In this document: in pieces, positions 49,242 through 64,000 of the stretch
Position numbering within the stretch: position 1 is the first letter of the stretch
How the letters are laid out: each line of letters begins with the position of its first letter
Assembly: GCA_964035545.1 (NCBI GenBank)
Contig: OZ037765.1
Location: 31,929,504 to 31,993,503 of the forward strand
Direction: 5' to 3'
Source: Bugula neritina
Taxonomy: Eukaryota; Animalia; Bryozoa
DNA length: 64,000 bases
Translations under genes and position numbers: made by a program
The notes under the pieces: model-generated
What the model was told of the DNA's origin: nothing
The model's database searches: none
The model's input: only the letters and a program-made list of their open reading frames with translations

Positions 49242-50174
49242 CTAATGGTGCTTCAGGAATTCATTGGGACTTTTGCAGACTTTTCCACAAACATTGCAGG
49301 CAAGAGGGTTTGCTATACCATGACATAACATGTGCTCCCTAAGTTGAACTGAGTCAGTAAAATAAACTTGGCAATATTTACATGGCCATAGCTGGTTGAT
49401 GCCGGAGTCATGGAGTTGATGTAGGGCCACAGGCTCAATTGGATGGGCTGGTATCAATCTATATTCACTCTGATGTTGTAAAGAAAAACTTTGTGATTCA
49501 TTTTCCATAGAAAGTGAAATTGGTGAATTGTCTATTGGTGACATTTCTAAGCATTTTTCGTATTCTGTTGTGATAGGTAAGTAAAACTGGAAACCAGTTT
49601 TTATGAACTTCTTAATCTGGGCTTGTCCAACTTGACTGTTTGTGTTATTGTCAAACTGAAATTGCCTGACCGATAAATCTAATGGTTCATCTTCAGTTAA
49701 AACTGATCTAGTCATTGATGCAGAAGGTGAAAAAGTCAGACCTCTAGAAGAATTCATTAGGTTTTCTTGAGAAGTTGGGTTCCTGGCTTTTGACAAACTG
49801 TTTTCTTTGCATTTCCTAATGTGCATCTGATGACACTTTTTCCTAACAAACGTCTGAAGACAAGTTTCACACTGATACGGTTTCTCACCAGTATGCAGTC
49901 GGATGTGCTCATTGTAACTGGTTCTTCGGAGGAAGCCCCTCAGGCAGAATTTGCAGGTGTAAGGACGATGATTTGAATGACCTTTCTTATGGCGATTCAA
50001 GTTTCCTATCATAGTGAAACTAGCATTACATATTTCACATATAAACTTCTTCTCAGCTGTAGCACTCTTTGGCTGTTGGTTGTCTGCTATGTTCTCACTC
50101 ATGTCCTCTGCACCAACCTTGTTCTCTTCAGACAGACTTGTACTCATCATCATGTCTTCTAGTCTGTTAATCAT
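49242..50174 (-). CDS. Ikaros/Pegasus/Hunchback-type C2H2 zinc-finger transcription factor
   Basis: Three N-terminal fingers (HTGEKPY linker), a PLDLS CtBP-binding motif and a C-terminal pair CKYCQVYFTD..HMLCHG..PLACNVCG..EF..H resembling the Ikaros/Hunchback dimerisation fingers. Single exon. Confidence 0.85.
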   Translation of the reverse strand: MINRLEDMMMSTSLSEENKVGAEDMSENIADNQQPKSATAEKKFICEICNASFTMIGNLNRHKKGHSNHRPYTCKFCLRGFLRRTSYNEHIRLHTGEKPYQCETCLQTFVRKKCHQMHIRKCKENSLSKARNPTSQENLMNSSRGLTFSPSASMTRSVLTEDEPLDLSVRQFQFDNNTNSQVGQAQIKKFIKTGFQFYLPITTEYEKCLEMSPIDNSPISLSMENESQSFSLQHQSEYRLIPAHPIEPVALHQLHDSGINQLWPCKYCQVYFTDSVQLREHMLCHGIANPLACNVCGKVCKSPNEFLKHH

Positions 50175-52191
50175 TGTAAGTACAGTTTCCAGATCTCTTC
50201 ACTCTGCCATCCGCACACTGAAATAGCAACTCCGGCAGTATTCTTTTGCGAGCGGGTACAAATTCCGGATAACTTATGCTAGCATGAATGACCTTCTCTT
50301 TCATAGTCTAATAGAAAGCAGATTTTGCTAGGGCAAAGCACCACTCCCAACTTCTCTATTATTGGTCAAACTCGACTAATCAGACGCCTTCTCCTTGTTG
50401 GTAGGTTTAATTTTCACAGCTCTTATATTACTCGTTGACTTTTTATATATATATCTATGTATATTTCTCAATTGTAAGTGCGCAAAGATAAAAATTTACT
50501 TTGTAAATCGGTTTGACCTGCGTCAAAAAATTATTAAAAACCATCTCATTGGCTAAAACCGACCAGTATCATTAAAGTATTTTTTCTGACTAGTAAGTAC
50601 ACCAATTTACATACCCGCCCACAGGATGTTTAATAACGAAACTCTAGGCTATTATAAATATCCATGCAGTCATCTTCCCTCCCGTATTGTGTTGAATGGT
50701 TTTGTGTGATATGAAGCTACGCTTTATATAACTGTTTTTTGTATCATTTTATGCCACGTGGAGAGGAAATTAGCTCACATAGCAATTTTGTATCTATTTT
50801 TACGCGACCATTTGAGTTTTGCTCAGCGACGAATGAAATTTGACACTTTTTTTCTTCCTTTACAAATATAAGCGCATTGGAGTGTACATCTTTTAGGATT
50901 TTAATAACTTTAATTATTATGAAGAACAATAAAGTGTGTGTCATCTAATAACTGTTAAATCGTGTAAGTGCAACAAAAATTATATAATATTGAAAAAAAA
51001 TAAATATATTTACTATTTAGTTTAAGATTTTGCTTCATTCAGTTTATCTTACATAATGTTTGACACTTTTATGATAATTGGGCATGAATGTGTTTTTTTT
51101 ATGAGTCATGCATTACAACTATTGTTTTAATGTCAGCTCCTAATTGCGGAAAGAAATTTCAAAACACTTTTCAGTCATAAATTCACTACTTTTAATAATT
51201 TCTGTAGCTTTGAAAAATCTACTCAAAACACACAAATTCTGGAGTCTTTTGAATATAACTGTTAAGTTGTAAAGGTTATTCATGGGCTTTATTTCAAAAA
51301 TAACTTGAAATAGTAAGTATAGTTGTAGTTTTACCACACCCCATAAAGACTGTCAAGGTTTTCCTTCTGCCAAAAGTGCCTTAATTTAAAATTTCAAGTT
51401 GTAAGCTAAACAAACATATTTTGTCGTTGTGTATATCTACTTTTCACTGGCCAATAACCATTATCAGTCATCATTGAGTTTTAAAAGTTGGTCAACTGAA
51501 CTTACGAAAACTTAAGCTTTTTCTTGCAGCAACTATAGCAGCTTCTGCCTCTTTTAATGGAGCTTATTTTTGGCTTAGATCGAGCTGTCTGTTCTCACTA
51601 ATCGATTTAGCACGATACCATTAAATCATTTAGAATCTAGGTTCACTTAACCTGTTTTAACCGATTCAAACAGATGATATTCTCCAACAGAACTCTGTTA
51701 TTATTTCCATTTATGTAGAAGAACTGGACAAACAATGGAAACATAGTGACAGAACCTAATACAAATATACTAAAGTAATCATTAAATTATTCACATCTGC
51801 TATTTATTGATATACCTATTTTCATACCATATGTATAGATGATGAAATATGCCATAATGAACAGCGGTCTGCATTAGTCTACTGAATAAACATTTGAAAC
51901 ATTATATTATAACCTGATCTTTAAATCATTGCTATTCTGTATTCTTTACAGATCTTTCTACAATATCACTTTGAAATAATTCATTAATAAAGACATCTAT
52001 AATGTTAACTTTTTAAAAAGTCTTAACATTTTCAATAATTCATTCCATTTGGAAACGTTATCCTTGCTTTGAATCCCCCAATTTGCTACAATGTATAAAA
52101 AGTATATACATCTACTGTATTTTATGCAGAACAATATAACATAATGAGTCAATCTTTCAACTTTCAGCAAATTATAATAAAAATTCAATAA

Positions 52192-53040
52192 CCTCCTTTA
52201 ATAAGCAAGTAATTATTGCAACAAAACGTGAAGCAGAAGTAATTTAACTTTCTTATCACTAAAACTACCCATTCATAGCTTCTTTTGATATGGTATCTTT
52301 TCACGAAGCAAAACAAAGAATATGAATCAGCTATGGTCAAAATGCATGAAAATATGACTACAATTATTTGTAGGCTCATATTATAAGAACAAATGTAAAG
52401 TTTAGTTACTCGCTTGTTCCTATCTATTGACCCTCACTGTCCATTTTTAGGAAGAATTTTGACAGCTCAATACCCTTATATTTGACGGGTTGTCCTTATT
52501 GAATCGACTTAGCCAGGGCATTTATTATTCATAAGCTAAGACAACGTCAAAGTTTTCTTTTATGTATATAATATACTAACCCATGAAGATGCCTAAATAC
52601 CGTGTGGTGTAGAAATTCTGAAGCCATATAAAAATAGAAGCTTATGAATTTCGTAAGATATGCATACTTAGTCCTTCAGGTCTTAAACCTTGCCTTGAAT
52701 TTATATATGAATTTCATTACCATTTATACGATGGTCAAACAGTTGTAGTGATTTATAATACATAAGTCTTCCTACAGCTGGACATAAGGGGGTCAATAGA
52801 TAGGAACATGCCAGTAAATAGTTGCTATGGTTGTTCTCATACAATACTGCATGTAAATAACTATTATTATTCAAATTTTCAGGCATTTTACCACAGTTGA
52901 TTCACATCCTTTGTTTTGTTTAGTAATAAGATACCAGAGCAAATGGAGTTATAAATATTTGAGTAATTTTAATAAGAAACACTAAAATATTTTTGCTACT
53001 TGTTTTGCTAAAATATTTAGTTTATTGAAACAGGATAAGC
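52192..53040. mobile_element. Foldback/MITE element with long degenerate inverted arms (copy A)
   Basis: tgttcctatctattgaccc (~52415) is inverted relative to gggtcaatagataggaaca (~52790). The arms extend outward (aagcaaaacaaagaatatgaatcagctatggtcaaaatgc vs gcattttaccacagttgattcacatcctttgttttgttt). Confidence 0.75.
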
Positions 53041-53939
53041 AATTTATATAATCTGCAGAAAGTTAGGAGACTGACCTATTATGTTCTACTATTCTGCATA
53101 AAATATAATAGATACATATAATTTTAGTAGCAAATGAGGGAAAACTATTATATAATCAGTTAGGTATGATTGGATTCAAAAATTTATCAACACAATTAGA
53201 TTGTTTTATAATGTAATGAATTGTTAAAAATTAGTTAGAGTGTAAAAAAGATTTATATAACTTGAAACTTTGTAACACATTTTTAAAGTGCTTTTATTAA
53301 ACTTGCATCAATTGTAAATGGCTGCATTTTTTTAAAGTCATATATAAAGATATGTGAACAATAAAGTTTTAATTATTCAATTATAAGTTTAAAATATGAT
53401 ATTTCAAATACTATAATTTATTCCATAATTTGAAAAGTTCAACACGCTGTTCATCGTAACATACTTCATTATTTATACACATCTGGCATAAATATAGGTA
53501 TCTCAATAAAACGCAGATGTATAGTTTAATGGATATGTTAATATAGCTGTATATGAGGCTAACCAGAAGAGCCTGCCACTATGTTTCATTGTTTATACAG
53601 TTCTGCTATATAATTGCATGGAGACAGTAACTCAGTTCTGTTTGAGTGTATATTAATTGTCTTGAATAACTTTTTTGAAACCCACTTTTATAACTACACC
53701 CAAGTAGCTTTTGTAATATATACGAAGTAGTTTCATTTTGTTTGTTAGTATGAATACATATTTACTATGTTTTATACAACATAATCGAATCTCAGTCTTT
53801 TAAATTTCTGTAAAAATTCACAAATAAAAAATAGTCTGCCTGTTTTATTAATAAGCAACGGATTATTTCTGCAAAGCATGAAACAGAATTACCCCTGTTT
53901 TCTTATCACTAAAAATATCATTACATAATAACTTTATTG

Positions 53940-54110
53940 CTGATGCTTCCTCTCTCTTCTTTCTCCCCTCTATTCCGTTTCCTCTCTATAATGTGCCCCT
54001 TCCCACTCTTTCTCCCCTTTCCCTTTCTCGCTACTCCCCCATCCTCTTCTCTTGTTACACTCCCTTCTCTCCCTCCCCTGCACCCCTTCCTCTCTCTACC
54101 CCTGTCCCCT
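53940..54110. repeat. Polypyrimidine (C/T) low-complexity tract
   Basis: Directly visible. Confidence 0.8.
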
Positions 54111-54268
54111 ACCAAACAAAGCAACTTGCTGCAAATAATATATGTTGAAAACACATGAGAAAGAAGCTATTTATAACCCTATATTATGAAGAGTATCATA
54201 AGCACTGATTAATCTATGTGGTGTGGGTGTAGGCAACACCTGATGCTAGCTTCACATTTTATAGGAAT

Positions 54269-54830
54269 ATGTTCCCATCTATTGACCCTTCTCTGTCCAT
54301 TTTTAGAAAGAAATTTGACAGCTCAGTACCCTTATATTTGATGGGTTGTCCTCATTGAATCGACTTAGCCAGGGCATTTATTATTCATAAGCTGAGACAA
54401 CGTCAAAGTTTTTTTTTATATATATAATATACTAGCCCATGAAGATGCCTAAATACCATGTAGTGTAGAGATTCTGAAGCCATATAAAAATAGAAGCTTA
54501 TGAATTTCGTAAGATATGCATACTTAGTCCTTCAGGTCTTAAACCTTGCCTTGAATTTATATATGAATTTCATTACCATTTATAAGATGTTTAAATAGCT
54601 ATAGTGATTTATAATACATAAGTCTTCCTACAGCTGGACATAAGGAGGTCAATAGATAGGAACATGCCAGTAAATAGTTGCTATGGTTGTTCTCATACAA
54701 GGTACTGTAAATAACTATTATTATTCAAATTTTCAGACATTTTACTATATGCATACTTAGTCCTTCAGCTCTTAAACCTTGCCTTGAATTTATATATAGA
54801 CTTTACTACTATGATTTATAATACATATTG
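54269..54830. mobile_element. Foldback/MITE family copy B
   Basis: Highly similar direct copy of ~52415-52890, plus a short internal duplication at ~54748-54830. Confidence 0.8.
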
Positions 54831-55757
54831 TATAGCTCAGTATAATACACTAGCTCAGTGTACAATACTGTTATAGCATATTATAGTGAACAGGAATAAC
54901 TGCAGTTTGTTTTGTATAGTTAGAGTTTCTTTTTATCTCATAATCATCATGTTGAGTTACATTTGTAATATTTAATCGGAGTGTTGTTGACTTGTGATGA
55001 AAATCTGTTTGAACAAATAGTACGACACATTTGTCTAATGTATGATTTAAGTTTACCAGGCACTCTATCACATCGCATCCAATTTACAGTCTGCGGAGCA
55101 AAGTTGCACTTAGGAAGAATACCTTCACAAAATCATTCATCTATAGTGTAAATAACTTTTTTGTAACAAAATAATATGTTGAATTTGTAAAAAAATTTAT
55201 ATTTATCTTTATATGTATTTAAAAACTAAGTGAAAACTACAGACTGCTGTAAAATTTTCCCATGAAACCATTAACATAAACAAGATGTCACTTTCGAAAC
55301 AACATAGCATTTAACTTGACTTGTGGCACTATGGGTACAGAGGCAAGCTTTCAATAAAAAGGCTCATTTCTTATTTGATTGTATTACTATCTAATATGTA
55401 CCAGAATAAAGAAATGTATAGACCTGGTAAGTGAATCATCAGTAAAATCTTCCAGAAATCCGGAACCAAATGTCTAACACTCTCTCAGCTAGACCCTAGC
55501 TGTTATGACATTTATATTACAACATGTTCTATATCAAGAGTCAATAATCAGCTCTGCTTTGTGTGATGTAATCAGAATGACGTCTTAGGTCCATCTACTC
55601 TGCAGCTTCAACGTTTCTATGCTGTAAAAACATTTGCCAATACGTGGGAGACTGAAACGGAACGTTGTGGTCAAGGATTTCTTAAACCCTAATTAAAGTA
55701 TTGAGTTCAGAATTTTTTTTTCCTTCTCATACTAATGTATATGTCTTAATTAATCGA

Positions 55758-55923
<166 letters not shown>

Positions 55924-55964
55924 TGTAGTTTAAACTTTATTCTGTTGACTACATAAAGAATATT

Positions 55965-56400
55965 TTGAAGTCTTCCCAACTCATGAATAATAAATGTCCT
56001 GACTAATTCGATTCAACAAGGACATCCCATGCATCAACTAAAAGAGTATTAAGCTGTCCAAATTCTTCCTACAGCCAGACATAAGAGGGTCAATAGATAG
56101 GAACAAGCCAGTAATTAGTTTCCATAATTCTTCTTTATAATATATGGGACTATAAATAGTTATTATTCTATTCTTAATGCATTTTTACCATATTTTATTC
56201 ACATCCTTGGTTTTGCATGTCTATTGTGGTAAGGTACCAAATCAACTTTGGTAGTTCAACAGTAATTAGTTACTTATTGAAGTAACTTCTTATGTTTGAT
56301 TGTGCTGTATGAAATAGAATTGATATATAATTTTAGTAGCAAATGAGGGAAAACTATTATGTAATCAGCTAGGTGTAATGAGATTAAAAAATCTACTCAA
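55965..56400. mobile_element. Foldback/MITE family copy C (right arm)
   Basis: ttcctacagccagacataagagggtcaatagataggaaca; shares ataattttagtagcaaatgagggaaaactattat with ~53118. Confidence 0.7.
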
Positions 56401-56843
56401 AACAAATATATTGCCTTCATAGGATATAAACTATTTGAAAGGTAAAACCCTTCTAATCATTGAAGTTAAAAGGTTAGTCTTCTATAAACTCTCTCATCTT
56501 CTAACTCTCTGTAGAAGTTCACAGATATACCTATAAGAAAACGCTCCGCCTGCTTCAATAAGCAGCTAATTCTTGTAAAGCGTAGCAGAAACATTTCAGC
56601 TTTTCTTATCCCTAAAAAGCACATGTACATCCATAGCTTCTTCTGCTTTAATCTCCCCCATTAAGAAAAGCTAAGGGAGTGACTAAACTGCTAAAATGCA
56701 TATGAGAGATGCTATTAATAATTATTTATTACCTTATAAAAGGATTGTATTAACATCACGTGTTCACTACACCCACACCATGCTCCCATAGGCCGGGTGG
56801 GTGTTGGCAAAACGTGATGTTAACCTCATATTATATAGGAAAT

Positions 56844-57360
56844 TATTCCTATCTATTGACCCTTCCCTGCCCAATTTTTATGAAAGATTTTGACAGCTTA
56901 ATACTCTTTTAATTGATGAGTTGACCTCAAGTTGAATCGAGTTAGCCAGAAAATTTATTATTCGTAAGTTGAGACAAGTCAAAGTATTTCTAACGTATAT
57001 AATAATCATTCTAGCCCACTAATGGAGATACTTACATGCAAGCCATATAAACTTTGAGACTTACGTATCCATTTAGGAGCAGTAGTGGAGAAATTGAGAT
57101 GCCTAAGTTCTTTAGATTTCTTTATAAATTTTAGTTTGGGGCGCAAGTTGAAATTCTTGTGAGAACATATCTTCTTTTGCTACATTTCTAATCTAGAACA
57201 CAGGCTTTTTTCAATTTCTCCGTTACTGCACCTACCTCTATTGATTTTGTAAAGTGACGTAAATATTTAGTCCTTCAGCTCTTAAACTTTGCCATGTGTT
57301 TATATAAAAATTTCATTACCATTTATAAGATAATTAAATACTTGTCTTGATTTACAATAC
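56844..57360. mobile_element. Foldback/MITE family copy D (interrupted)
   Basis: ttcctatctattgaccc..ttgacagctta..ttgaatcgagttagcca, resuming at ttagtccttcagctcttaaac after an unrelated insert. Confidence 0.7.
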
Positions 57361-59201
57361 ATATCTCAATGTGATATTCAACAGTGTGCTCCAACAGTTT
57401 ATATAGTTGTTATAGCATACTAGGATAAAGTGTAGTTGTAGTTAAACCTTCATTGTATTGGCAATATCATCACTTAGGTCTTAGAGGTATGGAAACGTGT
57501 TACACTCTTCTCAATTTTCAGCACATCAACTTCCTTTGTGATTGGTTTGTTTGCTTACAAAAGTGTGGGAATATAATATTTATCTATTTAGAATGTAAAA
57601 GTTTTAACCTAACCTTTCAATTGTGGTATGGGAAACCTCACGTAAAGGACTAACCAAGCGGAATCAATAAATGACTTAAATCATTCAAACAAATTTATTT
57701 TCCTTACATTCAATTATAAAATAATTAGGTCAATATATACGATTATCTATTAAAGATCACATACAATTTAGTACAAGTTGGTTGGTGCTTATATGCATCT
57801 AGCAGTCTCAATTACAATGTCATTAAACTGTAGCATTGGGTCTCGCCATTTTAAAAATAGTATCTATGTTTAGGAAACAATAGTAAATTTTGAATAACTA
57901 TGCATGTGTAATAATAGAAAGTATGTATCATAATTTTTTTTAACAATAGGTCTTGAATATCGTTACCATTGAACTTATAGTTGATTGCTATAATATCAAA
58001 TTTGGCAGCAAGTTATCCACATTGTCTGTACATGTCGGCCATGTTTATGATTTTATCAGATAAGATCATTCCCTTCAACTAAAATTAGCAAGCCTGTAGA
58101 GTTATACTTCACATCCTTTTGGCTTAAGTCCAGTTGCTGACTAATTCCAGCAGCTTTTGGCAACATAAGTATAGTCTTTGCTCATTTACCCAATAACATT
58201 TCCAAGCCCAGAGAAGGCGCACTGTTGAGTTTTATCTTTATTATAACCTTTAAAAGCCTTTACCAACGGTGAAACCTAAATTAAATAAAATTAACTATAA
58301 TATGGTAATTAATGAATAAATGACATTAATAAAAAAGCATCATACAAGAAATATCATTATATTTAAATTGAAGCTACAGCACTATAAATTATATCAAAAA
58401 GAAACAAAAATCTGAAATATAAAACAGCTACCTTGTAAATCTCTATGTCTAGTAGTGATGTCTTATTATATGGTAACTATACTATATATAGTATAGTATA
58501 TAGTATAGTATATATAATATATATAGTAAGTATTCCGCCTGATATCTTATATACAGACGAAATTGTAGCATAACCCTGTATGACTGTAGAAATAGCCTAA
58601 AAATTAAGAGTATTAATTTATTACGCAACATAGGCTATAGGCTATAGGCTATATAGCTTAATGTCTAGCAATCCTTGGTAAAATAGCCTGCTAGCTCATC
58701 TTAAGCTGAGTCATTCTAGTTGGTTTTATAACTAGATTAATATTAATATGAATTGTCAGCTGACTGGCCAAAAACCCTGACCGAGATAAGGTGTGGTTTA
58801 TAAACCTAGTCTAGTGTAAAAAGCTGTACAGGGAACTCAAATCAAAATAAGCTCAATCATGTTCTTATGTTTTATGGTATTATCAACTTTACTATATAAT
58901 ATATAAGATTATTTTTTCTGTCAAATCTTGCTAATAATTTCAATGTCTTCAGTAATAACGAATTTCAGTGAGCTGGTACTTAGCTATATTCTTTTAAAAT
59001 TTTCGATTTACTAATTATAGCCAACGCAGTGTTTTTATACTGTGAAGATATCTTTCGATACTGAGAGGTGGAAACAGAGCGAGAATACTAACACACTGTT
59101 CAACTTCACTGCACAAAGTATTCCTCGCAGCTGCATAAGTGTCATGGGATTTCGATCTAGTATTTACAGGTATCTTAATTCATAATAAACTCATATGCAT
59201 G

Positions 59202-59396
59202 TTTATAGTCACCATCCCTGTGAGAAAACCCCTGATCGAAAAGGGCTAAGGACTTATTAAGATGAGGCACAGGAACACATATGACTGAATGCTATTCCTA
59301 ACATCACCAATGGCCTTTGTCAGGGCTCAAACCCATGACTTTGTGCTTACTATAATATAAGGCAAACGCTCTAACCCCTAGACCACATCTGCTCTC
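59202..59396 (-). mobile_element. tRNA-derived SINE, same family as 28441-28635
   Basis: Reverse complement reads tggtctaggggttagagcg..gtcatgggtttgagccc..gtgatgttaggaatagcattc..aagtccttagc..ttctcacagggatggtgactataaa. Confidence 0.75.
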
Positions 59397-60247
59397 TTAA
59401 TTAATTCATAATGAACGATTCAATAAATTTCAAATTTTCATGATTATATAAAAATGTTACAGAGAAATCTGCTAATATTATTAGACTGTGTAAAGTCTCT
59501 ATATTCTGTGTAAAGTCTCTATATTACTATATTACGTGAACAAAGTGTATTGAAAGAGGAAGGAGTTATACTCATTTATATTTGATAGACCTCATGCATG
59601 CAGCGTTAGGCAATTTCAAGTTAGAGCAAATTAGAGCCAAAGTGGTATAGTCAAATTATATGAATTATTCTTGTGCGTCTCATTTTATCAAAACATGTTT
59701 GATTTGCTACCATTTTAAAAATAATTTCTGCTTTCCAGTTAACAATATATTTTGTATTTCATCACTTGCTAACGCTGACCCATAATGTCAAAGCTAGAAT
59801 TATATCATGCAAGGTCAATTCAGCACTTGCCTGATATGGCACGTGCTGAAAGTTATATTTATACGCTGCAATCATCATAGAAAGTATCAGTTAAAGCATT
59901 TGGTAGACATCAAATTGATAGACATTCTGAGCTGATGCTGGTGCTATAGAAGAGCAGACAACTTTGAATAACATTTTGGGATGGCAGTTGTGTAATATTA
60001 ATACATTTACCCTTACTATAGAAAGTTATAGTGTCTATATTATATCTATTGTTGTTATTCTAAAGTTAAATTATAAAAACATATTTAATTGAAATTATAG
60101 ACCAAAAGTGCTACTCCTGAAAATATAGCATTAAATAAACGTTTATTATGCACTTATAGGCAGTGATAAAGGCTGAATGTATGGTTTGTGGTCATAAATT
60201 TCTTTATCAAAATATGACCTAGCATATAGTATCTTATTCCTAGGAAT

Positions 60248-61998
<1,751 letters not shown>

Positions 61999-63414
61999 TA
62001 TACGCACGTTAGTGTGTGTGTACAAACTATGTTACTGCAGAATTCTAGTTACCAGTCATCAGGTAGTCCTCAAGCCTTTTCTGGTAAAATCTAGCTAAAT
62101 ACTACATGTTTAAAGGTTTAATTGACTTAGATTTTATTTAAAATGAATTATCTATAAACTTGTTTGGTAGCATAAACTAATTACTAATTAATATCAGTAA
62201 TATTTACTTGCATAGATACAGTGGAAGGTTCAAAGTCAGGAAGACTTGGTGTGTTATACTGATCCCGGATATATTTCTATAGAATATTTAATTCTAAACC
62301 TGCACAGGATAGTTAAGGGCATCCTCACTAAGAATATCATAAATTTCTCTCAAAATGTAGTTCAGGTTCTTGAATAATTTTGCTCTGCGGGTGGCATGCG
62401 TCTTGCCTACTTGCATTTGCTTAGCCTAAGATTAAACTACAACCAATAAGCAGCAACCTTCATTAGGGCTGTGTTATCTATCAACATTCCATTATGGGTG
62501 CTACATAAACATAGTACAAAGCGAGCTTTCATTATAGTCTGCTAGCTAGCAAGCCTGTAATTAGTATGTACGCGCCAATATCTTCTCATCCCTACGTGCT
62601 CATTGAAGCGTGAAGTGCTGCCGCTGCTAGTTTCTTATGAAAAAATATGGCATTTTCAGTGTATAAATCACCAATTTATGAGCAATCTAGCAGAGTTATT
62701 GGAAAAAGAAAAAAATTGCACTGGAGAAATATCTCAGGATTCTAGCAGTGCAATTTCTATTCAGATATCGTCTTTTGCTGCTGAGATATTTTACTGGCAC
62801 TGAAAAGTCAGCTTTTTTGGCAAAATTGGCCAAAATTGGGCAGTTTTTTGTCTATAACTTGGCAAAAAAAATGAAAATTGAAATTTCCAAAAAAGCTGCA
62901 CTGGAGAAAAAGAAGATCTACAACATAGTTTTTAAATTTTGACTCTAGCACAATTAGGTGAGATTTTATTTTACTGGCACTGAATTCTTATATGATTACA
63001 ATGCAAACCTCAGCAAGGCAGTTGCAGCTGAAAGGTTGCCCTTAACTATCCTGTGTGAATAAACATTGTGCTTGACTCATGATGAATATGCACACCACTA
63101 CGCCTACACCCACCCGGATTTGAAAGTTTTAGCAATAATATGCCAGCAAACTCATCACAACATATGTAGTATTGAAATCTTCTTGCTTACTACCGCAACA
63201 CTGCTTTGACGTTGTTTTGAATTATCAATAATAAAACTTATACATAATTTGAATATAAGAGAAACACATTAATTTTGAGAAAGATAAAACTGTCAAAAAT
63301 ACTCCTACGCATTGAAAGAAAAAATTTAGTAGGAGGGAACTATCCATATATATACATTGTGACATGAGCATCATGCGTAGCTCCTATATACCCGCAACAA
63401 AGCAATGATAATTA

Positions 63415-63620
63415 TATTCCTTATAAACTGTAATATAACTAGTTATCAATAGCCTCTTTCATGTGCATTTCATAGTTTATTCACATCTTTTGTTTTGCTT
63501 GACGATGGGGCACCAGATCAAAAGAAGCTATGAATATATGAGTAGCTTTAGTGATAAGAAAAGCTGAAAAATTTCTTCTTCACATTTTGCTAACATAATT
63601 AGTTGTTATTAACAACAGGC
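63415..63620. mobile_element. Foldback/MITE family outer-arm fragment (copy E)
   Basis: ttcacatcttttgttttgctt..tcaaaagaagctatgaat..gtagctttagtgataagaaa is the reverse complement of the ~52245-52330 arm. Confidence 0.65.
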
Positions 63621-64000
63621 AGGCTATTTTCTATGATTAAAAAATTTTACAAAAATTAGGAGAGCATGTATTTTGTTAACTTGTTTTACTTTAAGTTTAC
63701 TCGATGCAGTAAATTCATGAATTTATGAGAAATGTGGTTAAACTATAATATTTTTTTTTTCTATACATCCAGTTGTCCAGGTATAGGTTTAAAAATTTGT
63801 GGTGAAAAACTAAAAATAAATTTTCTATTTGAATTTGGATTAGTGTAACAAATAATCATATTTAGTTAGTGGTCAACAATGGCTAGTATTTAACATGTTG
63901 TTCAACATCAAGTTATAGAAACTAATGGCTGCATTATACAAGACAATTTTTAGGATTATTTAAGTAGACTATTATAAATGAGATTTACAGATAACTGCCT

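Noticed and set aside
62640-62990. Sub-repeated segment (gcactggagaaa, ttttactggcactgaa), possibly a DNA-transposon remnant
   Set aside because: No second copy or defined termini in the window; boundaries cannot be supported.

Overview
AT-rich, intron-rich eukaryotic (invertebrate animal) DNA; nothing prokaryotic and no CRISPR. Host genes from left to right: TSC1/hamartin (-, runs off the left edge), an ankyrin-repeat gene (-), a small FAM104/VCF-like gene (+), a DDIAS-like OB-fold gene (-), a NIMA-related kinase (-), SF3A2 (+, intronless CDS) and an Ikaros/Pegasus/Hunchback-type zinc-finger gene (-). After these comes a gene-poor tail with a foldback/MITE family, a SINE and long microsatellites. 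The most striking object is a young 5.36-kb Ty3/Gypsy-type LTR element (38424-43782) with LTRs differing at about 3 of 353 positions, a tRNA-Leu PBS, a PPT and a -1 frameshift signal. Its pol frame stays open but has lost RT, RNase H and the integrase catalytic core. In the env position it carries a two-exon, intron-containing accessory gene encoding a C2H2/C2HC zinc-finger, leucine-zipper, Arg-rich protein that is not an envelope. A second notable pattern is that kb-long non-coding period-3 (A-N-T)n tracts recur just 5' of each housekeeping gene. All calls come from manual translation and remembered family motifs; no searches were run.
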